Assembly: GCA_046092585.1 (NCBI GenBank)
Contig: JBJTDZ010000133.1
Span: forward strand, 11,727 to 75,726
Direction: 5' to 3'
DNA from: Pirellulales bacterium
GTDB taxonomy: Bacteria; Planctomycetota; Planctomycetia; Pirellulales; UBA1268
DNA length: 64,000 bases
Position numbers and translations under genes: made by a program. Positions 28,296 through 36,502 of the stretch are shown piece by piece (the first letter of the stretch is position 1; each line of letters starts with the position of its first letter). The notes beneath the pieces were generated by a model. That model was given only the letters and a program-made list of their open reading frames with translations, was not told the DNA's origin and ran no database searches.

Positions 28296-28958
28296 CTCGG
28301 GCCCGTTGTCGGACGAGAAAATCACCACCGTCGATTCCTCGAGGCCCGCCTCTCGTAGGGCCGCGAGCACCTGCCCGCACGCGTCGTCGGTCTGCACCAC
28401 GAAGTCGCCAAACGCCCCGGCCTGCGACCTGCCGGCGAACTCCGCGGTGGGGATGATCGGGGCATGGGGCGACGGCAGAGGGAAGTACAGGAAAAACGGC
28501 CGCGGCTCTTCGCGGCGCGATCGCACGAACTCGACCGCCCTCGCGGTGAGCGTGGGGAGCACCCGGTGGAAATCCCAGTCGCTCCGCGCCGGCCCCGCGC
28601 GACACTCCCATTCGCCCTCCGCCGTGCTGCCCCGCACCTTCTCGAGTGTGAGGCCGGGGGCCTCGACCACGCGATCGTTCTCGATCCACGCGTAGGGCGG
28701 GAAGTTGATCACGTCGTCGCCGAAGTAGGTGTCGAAGTCGCCGTGGTCATGCGACTGTGGCCGCGTGCCGGGCCGGCGGATCGCGTTCCAATCCCAGCCG
28801 AGGTGCCACTTGCCGATGCGCGCCGTGGCGTAGCCCCGCTGCCGCAGCATCGCCGGCAGCGTGAGCTGCCCGGGATGAAAGACGGGCGGCCCGAACGAGT
28901 TGACGATCCCTTGGAAATCCCGCCAGTGCGGCCCGGATCCGGCGTGCTGCGAAGCCGC
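28296..28958 (-). pseudogene. Sulfatase fragment (N- and C-terminally truncated)
   Basis: Starts directly after the TAG of the upstream gene, mid-domain. GKWHLG, PFFLYFPLPSPHAP, VVIFSSDNGPE. No signal peptide and no C/S-x-P-x-R motif. Runs in frame into the hydrolase fragment. Confidence 0.75.
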
Positions 28959-29687
28959 CTAGCGCACGCCCCACGCCGCTGCCACCATCTCCGCCGTCGC
29001 CGGGTCGTGCCGCAGGAGGTCGGCCCGCACGAATGGAAAGAAATCGTTGCGGCCGAAAAAGGCCTCTGTCGCCTCGGCGAAGAACTCCTGCGGGTTCGTG
29101 ATCGCGTAGGCCCGCTCCGTCGTCCGTGGACGGCCCGAGCCATACCGCCGCTCCACGCTGTCATAGAGGCCCGCATCCCTGGCCCGTTCGTGGGCCCTCG
29201 CGACATCGGCGTTGCCGAAGCCGGCCGGCAGCACGCGGTGATGGTAGGCATGGGCCAGTTCGTGCAGCACGAAGGTCGGCATCCGGTCAAGTTCCTGGGC
29301 GAACCTCGCCACGTTCGTGAACTCGACGCCCCGGGCCATGCGGGGGTCGCGGCCATGCTCACGAAGCCATCCCGGATTGGGGTGATATTCCGCCGTCGGC
29401 CTCACGCCGTCGTATTCGGGCGAGAAGTAGAGCGGTACTTCCCGCAGCTTCTCGACCGCCGCCGCGGGCATCACCCGCTCGATCTCCTCGAGTTCCTCGT
29501 CGAGCAGGTCGAGGGCCCGCGCGGTGGCGGCCGGCTGCTCACTCACGAGCCTGCGGCTCACGTGGACGGCCCAGCCGCGAACGGGCCGCGACTCCCACTC
29601 AGGCTCTGGCGCAGACGCGAAAGCCACGACCGCCACGCCGCACAGGCCTGCGAGGAGGGGCTGCCAGGTGGCTCGTCGGCGTCGCAT
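28959..29687 (-). CDS. Secreted HExxH zinc metallopeptidase-like protein (possibly M90/MtfA-like)
   Basis: Signal/anchor MRRRRATWQPLLAGLCGVAVVAFA. HELAHAYHH zinc motif. Downstream NPQEFFAEATEAFFGRNDFFPF resembles the MtfA-type third-ligand region. The family assignment comes from memory of motifs only. Confidence 0.55.
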   Translation of the reverse strand: MRRRRATWQPLLAGLCGVAVVAFASAPEPEWESRPVRGWAVHVSRRLVSEQPAATARALDLLDEELEEIERVMPAAAVEKLREVPLYFSPEYDGVRPTAEYHPNPGWLREHGRDPRMARGVEFTNVARFAQELDRMPTFVLHELAHAYHHRVLPAGFGNADVARAHERARDAGLYDSVERRYGSGRPRTTERAYAITNPQEFFAEATEAFFGRNDFFPFVRADLLRHDPATAEMVAAAWGVR

Positions 29688-29784
29688 CTCAATCCCCTCT
29701 CATCCCCGGCGACCCGACGTTGCGAACGCAACCGTCGGACCGCAACTGCGTGCAGGCTACACTCAGTGACTGGGCGTTGTCCAC

Positions 29785-31530
29785 GTGACGGGTGCCGCAC
29801 GTCTTCGGGAGCATTCCGCCGTGATCAATCGCCTGCGACTGCCGCGGAGCGCCGGTCTCCCCCCGGCCTTCGTCATGTGCCTCGCCATGAGGCCTGCCGT
29901 AGCCGACGACGACGGACCGCGGCCCGCCGATCTTGCCGCGGCGCTCGCCGCCGAGGACCGCGCCTCGCTGGTGGCTGATGTCGAGCGTCTCGGCGACGCG
30001 TCCCGAGGATCGACGCTCTTTCACACGCGACGGTTCATCTGCGTGCAGTGCCACGCGGTCGGCGAGGGCCCCGCGTCACTCGGGCCGAACCTGGCGGGCC
30101 GGCCGGCCGGCGTACCCCCTGGCCGAGCCCCGCTCGTGGAACACCTGGTGGAGTCAATTCTCGCCCCCTCCGCCGTGATCCGCCCCGAGTATCGAGGCGT
30201 GACGGTGCTTACCGACGACGGCAGGAGCCTGACGGGCATCGTCGCCCGCGAGTCCGACGACGAACTCGTTCTCCGCGACACCGCGTCCGGTGAGATCACG
30301 CTCCGCACGTCGTCGATCGACGACCGCGTGCCCGCCGCGGCGTCGCTCATGCCGCAGGGCCTCGCCAACCTGCTGACCGATCGCGGACAGTTCCTCGACC
30401 TCGTTCGATATCTCGCGGAGGTGGCGGAAGGAGGCCAGGCACGGGCGCGGGCGCTGCCGCCGGATCCAGCCGTGCTCGTCGCACCGAGTGTGGCCGCCTA
30501 TGAGGCGACCATCGACCACGCCGGCCTCATCGCCGACTGGGTAGATGCGGAGAAGTCGAAGTCGGCACTCGAGCGTGGCAGTGCGATCTACGGCCGCGTC
30601 TGCGCCAACTGCCACGGCACCCTCGACGAGCCCGGCTCGCTCCCCACCGCGCCACGGTTCGGGAGCGGCGGATTCAAACATGGCAGCGATCCCTCTTCGA
30701 TGTATCGCACGCTCACCCACGGGGCGGGCCAGATGGTCGCCCAGACCTGGATGGTGCCGCAGCAGAAGTACGACGTCATCCACTTCATCCGCGAGACATT
30801 TCTCCGGGATCACAACCCGCAGTGGTACACGGCGTTCACCCCGGACTACCTCGCCGGACTGCCGGCCGGCGACGACGCGGGAGCGTTCGCCGTCGACATG
30901 CTGTCACCCACCGACGCCAACCCTTGGAACGCCCGGATGCGTCTCTCGGGCATCGACTTCACCGGCCCCGACGAGGCCGTGCTCTGCACGTGGGATGGTG
31001 ACGTGTGGACCGTCCGCGGCATCGGGGCAGCGGCGGGCACGCTGGCCTGGCGGCGGATAGCGACGGGACTGTACCAGCCGCTGGGCATCACGGTGATTGC
31101 CGGCACTATCCACGTCGGCTGCCGCGACCGGATCGTGAAGCTTGTGGATATCGACGGCGACGGCCTCACCGACCGCTACGACACCTTCAACGACGACCAC
31201 GAGGTGACCGAGTATTTCCACGAGTTTGCCATGGGCCTCGAGACCGATGCCGCCGGCAATCTCTGCTACGCCAAGAGCGGCCGCCACGGGCTCCCCGCCG
31301 TCGTGCCGCATCACGGCACGCTCCTCAAGGTGGCACGCGACGGCTCATCCACCGGGATCGTCGCCACCGGATTCCGCGCGGCCAACGGCGTGTGCGTGGA
31401 ATCCGACGGCCGCGTGGTGCGTCTGCCGGCACCCGACTTCAAGCCTGCGTGGTGCCATGCCGTGGAATGGAATGTCACCGGCGCCGATGGCGACGCGGTG
31501 CGGGGCGTGCTGCACGGCACCATGCACTGA
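29785..31530 (+). CDS. Di-heme c-type cytochrome fused to a PVC-type membrane-bound dehydrogenase propeller, apparently C-terminally truncated
   Basis: Two CxxCH sites (CVQCH, CANCH). Then propeller-like LYQPLGI...LVDIDGDGLTDRYD...GLETDAAGNLCYAKSG...GFRAANGVCVESDG, after which the similarity stops and 35 unrelated residues precede the stop. Confidence 0.55.
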   Translation: MTGAARLREHSAVINRLRLPRSAGLPPAFVMCLAMRPAVADDDGPRPADLAAALAAEDRASLVADVERLGDASRGSTLFHTRRFICVQCHAVGEGPASLGPNLAGRPAGVPPGRAPLVEHLVESILAPSAVIRPEYRGVTVLTDDGRSLTGIVARESDDELVLRDTASGEITLRTSSIDDRVPAAASLMPQGLANLLTDRGQFLDLVRYLAEVAEGGQARARALPPDPAVLVAPSVAAYEATIDHAGLIADWVDAEKSKSALERGSAIYGRVCANCHGTLDEPGSLPTAPRFGSGGFKHGSDPSSMYRTLTHGAGQMVAQTWMVPQQKYDVIHFIRETFLRDHNPQWYTAFTPDYLAGLPAGDDAGAFAVDMLSPTDANPWNARMRLSGIDFTGPDEAVLCTWDGDVWTVRGIGAAAGTLAWRRIATGLYQPLGITVIAGTIHVGCRDRIVKLVDIDGDGLTDRYDTFNDDHEVTEYFHEFAMGLETDAAGNLCYAKSGRHGLPAVVPHHGTLLKVARDGSSTGIVATGFRAANGVCVESDGRVVRLPAPDFKPAWCHAVEWNVTGADGDAVRGVLHGTMH

Positions 31531-31533
31531 CGC

Positions 31534-32343
31534 ATGCCCGACCTCGAATTGATCACCGTCACCGGCGCCTCGCTCCTTGCCGGCTTCGTCAACGCGATCG
31601 CCGGCGGCGGCGGGCTCGTGTCGCTGCCGATCCTGTTCACGGCGTTCCCCGGCGCGCCGCCGGCCACGCTCTTCGGCACCAACAAGGCGTCGATGGTCTG
31701 TGGCACCGCGTGGGCAGCCGCCAACTACGCCCGACACGTGACCCTGCCTCGGCACACGCTCGTGCCGGCGAGCCTCGCCGCCCTGGCCGGCGGCGCGGCG
31801 GGCGCCTGGCTCGTGACGCTCGTCTCACCCGGCTGGATCCGCCTGCTGCTGCCGTGGATGCTCGCCGCCGTGCTCGCCCACACGGTGCTGGCCCGCGATC
31901 TCGGTGCCACGCATGCTCCTCGCCTCCGCCCCCGCGTCGAAGCGGCGCTCGGCTCGTTCATCGGGCTGGCGCTGGGGCTCTACGACGGCTTCTTCGGCCC
32001 GGGCACGGGCAGTTTCCTCATCTTCCTGTTCATACGGCTCGCGGGCTACGACTTTCTGCACGCCGTGGCCACGGCGAAGGTGCTCAACACCGCCACCAAT
32101 CTCGGCGCGCTGGCCACCTTCGGCGTGAGCGACAACATCTGGTGGCGGTTTTTCCTGCCGATGGCGGCCGCCAACGTGGCCGGAAGCTTTCTCGGCACGC
32201 GGCTCGCCCTGCGGCACGGCTCGCGGCTGATCCGCGTGGTCTTCACGGTCGTCGTCGGGGCGCTCGTCGCCAAAACCGCCTACGACTCCCTCTTCACCCC
32301 GCCGGCGCCGGTCACTTCTTCACCGCTTCCCGCTCCCAGATGA
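31534..32343 (+). CDS. TauE/SafE (TSUP) family anion exporter
   Basis: ASLLAGFVNAIAGGGGLVSLPILF and a repeated GxGxG half (YDGFFGPGTGSFLIF). 7-8 TM helices. Confidence 0.85.
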   Translation: MPDLELITVTGASLLAGFVNAIAGGGGLVSLPILFTAFPGAPPATLFGTNKASMVCGTAWAAANYARHVTLPRHTLVPASLAALAGGAAGAWLVTLVSPGWIRLLLPWMLAAVLAHTVLARDLGATHAPRLRPRVEAALGSFIGLALGLYDGFFGPGTGSFLIFLFIRLAGYDFLHAVATAKVLNTATNLGALATFGVSDNIWWRFFLPMAAANVAGSFLGTRLALRHGSRLIRVVFTVVVGALVAKTAYDSLFTPPAPVTSSPLPAPR

Positions 32344-32554
32344 TCCGACCGGAGCACCAGCCGCGGTCGTCGGAACGAAAGGTGCAGATGGAATAGGCAT
32401 CGGTCGGCGGCGCATACCGCACCCAGTCATGGCCGCACTTGGCGCAGGTGCCCTTCCAGAGGCCGCCGGCAGCTCCTGCCACGGCGGCCAGCGACGCCAG
32501 CACGCACCCGCCCAGGGCCACCATCGCCCACCGCCTGCCACGTGACCGCCTCAT
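32312..32554 (-). CDS. Small membrane-anchored Cys-rich protein
   Basis: 80 aa. GGAGG 8 nt upstream of the ATG. N-terminal anchor WAMVALGGCVLASLAAVAGAAGG, then CAKCG...C...C. Overlaps the TauE 3' end convergently by 32 nt. Confidence 0.45.
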   Translation of the reverse strand: MRRSRGRRWAMVALGGCVLASLAAVAGAAGGLWKGTCAKCGHDWVRYAPPTDAYSICTFRSDDRGWCSGRIIWEREAVKK

Positions 32555-32629
32555 ATCCCCGCCTCCACAGATGATCAAAGCGGCATGTGCACGTGCAACC
32601 GCTTTGCCCTCGAGCATACCGGCTCGCCG

Positions 32630-33523
32630 TCACCCCACGCACGGGCAGCCCTCGGGCAGCACGATGCGGATGCAACCTGGCACCGCCTCGAAGCGGAAAT
32701 GCCGGCCGCTCACGGGCTCGCCGTCGAGATTCACCGGGATCGCGTCGGCCGCCCGCACCTCGATCCACGGCACCCGCATCCTCACCACGTGGCCGCCACC
32801 GGCCTGCTGGCCGAGCACCTCGGCCGCGACCCAGGCGGCCTCCGACGGCGGAAACGGCCGCAGGAACACCACGTCGAGCAGGCCGTCGTCGATCAGCGCC
32901 GCCGGGGCCAGCGGCTGGCCGCCCCCGGCCTGGCGGCCGTTGCAGATCGCACCGATCACGACCGCACCCTCCATCGTGCCATCGGGGGTCGTGACCGCGC
33001 AGGCGTAGGGGCGGAAGTTCACCGCCTTCACCAACCCCATGATCGTGTAGGCGCCGCCCCCCAGAAAGTTCTTCAGTTCCACCGGCGTCTCCGCCGTGAC
33101 CGCGGCCCCGAATCCCCCGGAGGCGATGTTGGCGAAGAACGAATCGTTGCACCGCCCCAGATCCACCGGAACCGGCGTGCCCTCCACGGCAAGCCTCAGG
33201 GCCGCGGCCGCATCCGCAGGCACGCGGCAGGCGGTCGCGAAATCGTTGGCGGTGCCCAGCGGCAGGAGGGCCAGGTCCGGCCGCCGCCCCGGCTCCAAGC
33301 TCATCAGCCCGTTGGCGACCTCGTTGACGCTGCCGTCGCCGCCGCCCGCGATCACCCGCGCGACGCCGTCGCGTGCCGCCTCGGCAACGAGTCGCACGGC
33401 GTCGCCCTGCTCCCAGGTGACCCGAACCTCCACCTCGTGGCCGGCCGCCCGGATCTCGGTCACAGCCCGCCGCACGTCGGGGCGATCGGCCTTCTTGCCA
33501 TTGAGGATCAGTCGGCACCGCAT
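32630..33523 (-). CDS. Diacylglycerol-kinase-family lipid kinase (YegS/BmrU-like)
   Basis: MRCRLILNGKK, VIAGGGDGSVNEVANGL, LPLGTANDFA. 297 aa, typical of YegS. Confidence 0.85.
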   Translation of the reverse strand: MRCRLILNGKKADRPDVRRAVTEIRAAGHEVEVRVTWEQGDAVRLVAEAARDGVARVIAGGGDGSVNEVANGLMSLEPGRRPDLALLPLGTANDFATACRVPADAAAALRLAVEGTPVPVDLGRCNDSFFANIASGGFGAAVTAETPVELKNFLGGGAYTIMGLVKAVNFRPYACAVTTPDGTMEGAVVIGAICNGRQAGGGQPLAPAALIDDGLLDVVFLRPFPPSEAAWVAAEVLGQQAGGGHVVRMRVPWIEVRAADAIPVNLDGEPVSGRHFRFEAVPGCIRIVLPEGCPCVG

Positions 33524-33628
33524 CGGCAGGTCGCTCCTCCGTTCCAGCGCGACATCTCCAGCGCGACATCGTAGCAGGACGACGCTCCGGGGCGGCACGG
33601 GTGGCGTCGACAGCGACGTGGCATCAGT

Positions 33629-33657
33629 TCACCGCCGGCCCCACGCCTCACGGCGTT
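33629..33657 (-). repeat. 29-nt interspersed element (family 2, inverted copy)
   Basis: Exact reverse complement of 10274-10302. Confidence 0.8.
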
Positions 33658-33965
33658 AAGCTAGTACGAATCCATCGCTGCACGACGCCTGCGGATCACG
33701 TGCGACCCGTATTAGACTCGAGTTCCTCGTCGTCGAATTCGTCGACGCAACGCGGTTTCGCACAAGCTCGACAGCCGGGGGAGACACTGATGACGATCGA
33801 CTGGAAGGGCGTCTACGCGGCCGCCACCACCGAGTTTTACGCGGGGGTGCGCAGCGGCAGCGAGACGGTGCGGGCCCCGCGGCGGCCGCTGGTGGGCGAC
33901 GAGCGGGAGGACGTGCTTCGCGTCATCCGCACCGCGATCGCCACACGCCCCACGGCGACGAAGTG

Positions 33966-34931
33966 ATGAGCGGCGGACTGCCGGCACGGCTGCGGGTCGT
34001 CGATTCGCACACGATCGGAGAGCCCACGCGGGTCGTGGTCGACGAGGCGCTCGTGGCCGGCCTCGACCTCGGCGCGGGGAGCGTGCGCGACCGCCGCGAC
34101 CGCTTCCGCGAGCGGCATGACCACGTCCGCCGGGCGCTCGTGGGTGATCCACGGGGCGTGACGGCGATGGTGGGCGTGATCCTGGTGCCGCCGGCCGATC
34201 CCGCCTGCCGCTACGGTGCCTTTTACATCAACCGGGTCGGCTACCTCGACATGTGCGGCCACGCCACGATCGGCCTGGCCGTCACGCTCGGCGCGCTGGG
34301 CGCGATCGAGCCAGGCTCGTTCCGCCTGGAGACACCGGCCGGCGTGGTGGCCATGACCTGGCATGGGGGCAACGAGGCGTCGTTCGAGTGCGTGCCGCCG
34401 CGGCGGATCGCCAAGGGGCTTTCCCTCTCGTGCGACGACGGATCAAGGGTGACCGGCGACGTCGCCACGTCGGGGCTCTGGTTTTTTCTCTGCCGCGACC
34501 ACGGCCTGCCCGTCGAGCCGGCCGCGATCCCCGCGCTCACAGCCCGGGCGTGGTCGATCCGCCGCGCGCTCGAGGCGCGGGGCATCGCCGGCGACGGCGG
34601 CGAGGTGATCGACCACGTCGTGCTGCTCGGCCCGCCGCGGGAGCCCGGCAACGACGGACGCGCCTTCGTGCTCTGCCCCGACGGCGCCTTCGACCGCTCC
34701 CCCTGCGGCACCGGCACGAGCGCGCTGGTCGGCTGCCTGCTCGACGACGGCGTGCTGGCCGAGGGAGCCACCTGGCGGCAGGAGAGCGTGCTCGGCGGCG
34801 TGTACGCGGCGAGCGTGCGCTGCGCGGGGAGCATCGTCGTGCCCACGGTTCGCGGCCGGGCGTGGCTCACCGCCGAAAGCACGCTCCACTTCACCGCCGA
34901 CGATCCCTACCGCACGGGCGTCGACGCCTGA
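33966..34931 (+). CDS. Proline racemase family protein (proline racemase / 4-hydroxyproline 2-epimerase)
   Basis: VVDSHTIGEPTRVV. Both catalytic Cys contexts are present (DMCGHATIG and DRSPCGTGTSA). Confidence 0.88.
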   Translation: MSGGLPARLRVVDSHTIGEPTRVVVDEALVAGLDLGAGSVRDRRDRFRERHDHVRRALVGDPRGVTAMVGVILVPPADPACRYGAFYINRVGYLDMCGHATIGLAVTLGALGAIEPGSFRLETPAGVVAMTWHGGNEASFECVPPRRIAKGLSLSCDDGSRVTGDVATSGLWFFLCRDHGLPVEPAAIPALTARAWSIRRALEARGIAGDGGEVIDHVVLLGPPREPGNDGRAFVLCPDGAFDRSPCGTGTSALVGCLLDDGVLAEGATWRQESVLGGVYAASVRCAGSIVVPTVRGRAWLTAESTLHFTADDPYRTGVDA

Positions 34932-34945
34932 GCGGCCGCCCCGCG

Positions 34946-35458
34946 TCAGGTCACGTGCGGCAGCCGGTCGTAGATGATCGGGCTGCCGTCGGGCTCCGTG
35001 CCGACCTCGAACACGCGGAGCTGGTCGAACCACGCCATCAACTCGGCCTTCGACATGAGCTTCGGCACCATCTCCCCCTCGACGAGGTGCCCGAACACCA
35101 GTTCCGCCTCGCCATGCCGCCGGTCGCCCACGGTGCTCGTGGCCTTCACGATCGACACCGACTCGCCCAGCTCCTCGATCGTGATCTCGTAGCGGAGCAC
35201 GTCGCCGGGCACGGCGTCGAACTGAAACTCGGCCCGCGCCACCTTCGCCAGCACCACCTGCCGGGCGTAGTCGATGGCGTCGATCACCAGCAGGCCCGCG
35301 GCCTGCGCGATTCCCTCGATCACCAGTGACGTGGGCATCACCGGCAGGCCCGGCATGTGGTCGTGCAGGTGCTCCTCGGCGAGGGTCACCGCCTTGACGG
35401 CGACGGCACGGTGGCAGCGGACGAACTCGTCATAGCGGTCGATCCAGAACCAGCGCAT
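34946..35458 (-). CDS. FabZ/FabA-like hotdog-fold dehydratase
   Basis: 170 aa from MRWFWIDRY. EEHLHDHMPGLPVMPTSLVIEGIAQAAG matches the FabZ active-site region. Confidence 0.75.
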   Translation of the reverse strand: MRWFWIDRYDEFVRCHRAVAVKAVTLAEEHLHDHMPGLPVMPTSLVIEGIAQAAGLLVIDAIDYARQVVLAKVARAEFQFDAVPGDVLRYEITIEELGESVSIVKATSTVGDRRHGEAELVFGHLVEGEMVPKLMSKAELMAWFDQLRVFEVGTEPDGSPIIYDRLPHVT

Positions 35459-35559
35459 CGCGTCTCTCTCCGTCGCCGGGCGGCAGCGCCCGCATGGTGC
35501 ATCTTCGCAGATTGCTCCACGATCGACCACGTCGGAAAGACCTGCGGTACGATGCCGGC

Positions 35560-36360
35560 ATGGACGAGCCGCCCGACCACCGCCACCCGAAGCCGTGGAC
35601 GATCTCCGGCAACGTCGTCGATCCGCTGCGGCGGACGATCCGGCCGGCCACGCCCTACGATCACTCCGGCGCTACGCTCGACGCCGGGGCCGTGGCCTCG
35701 CTTCTCGACCGCCCCGGGATCGGTTACCTCTCGGAGACGATGGACTATCCGGGCGTGATCGCGGGCGACCCGGAGGTGCTCGCCAAGATCGCCGCCGCCC
35801 GCGCGCAGGGCAAGCCTGTCGACGGCCATGCGCCGAGGCTTCGCGGCCCGCAGGCCGCCGCCTATGCGGCCGCCGGGATCACCACCGACCACGAGTGCGT
35901 CACGCTCGATGAGGCGCTCGAGAAGATCGTCCTCGGCATGCAGATCCTGATCCGCGAGGGCTCGGCCGCACGAAACTTCGACGCGCTGGCCAGCCTTCTC
36001 GACACGCACCCCGACCGCTGCATGCTCTGCAGCGACGACAAACACCCCGACGCGCTGCTCACGGGCCACATCGACGCGCTCGTCCGCCGCGCGACGGCCC
36101 GCGGCAGCGACCTGTTCGATGTCCTGCAGGTGGCCTGCGTCAATCCGGTGCGGCACTACGGCCTGCGGGTCGGATTGCTCCAAGCGGGCGACCGCGCCGA
36201 CTTTCTCGAGGTCGACGATCTCGCGTCGCTCCGCATTCGCCGCGTGTTCGTGGCCGGGAAGCTCGCCGCCGACGACGGCACCAGCACGTGGCCGCGGCCT
36301 ACGCCGATCTCTGCCGCCGGGCACGGGCCCTCGGATCCCAACTGGCCGCCCCCTTCATGA
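35560..36360 (+). pseudogene. Adenine deaminase remnant (central part only)
   Basis: Colinear with the middle third of Ade: [53 protein letters not shown]. The HxH metal-binding N-terminal region and the C-terminal domain of about 190 aa are absent. Confidence 0.6.
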
Positions 36361-36502
36361 CGCTCTCGTTCATGGCGCTGCTCGTGATCCCGTCGCTCAA
36401 AATCAGCCCAACAGGACTCTTTGACGTCGACGCGTTTCGGCCGGTGGGCCTCGGCGACTGACCGGTCCCGCAACTCCTCGCCGGCCCGACCGTTCAACTC
36501 CC

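Noticed and set aside
27180-29800. Integrated mobile element next to the tRNA-like gene
   Set aside because: I could find no integrase, recombinase or transposase ORF and no direct repeat of the tRNA 3' end. Only decayed metabolic genes are present, so I report decay rather than an island.
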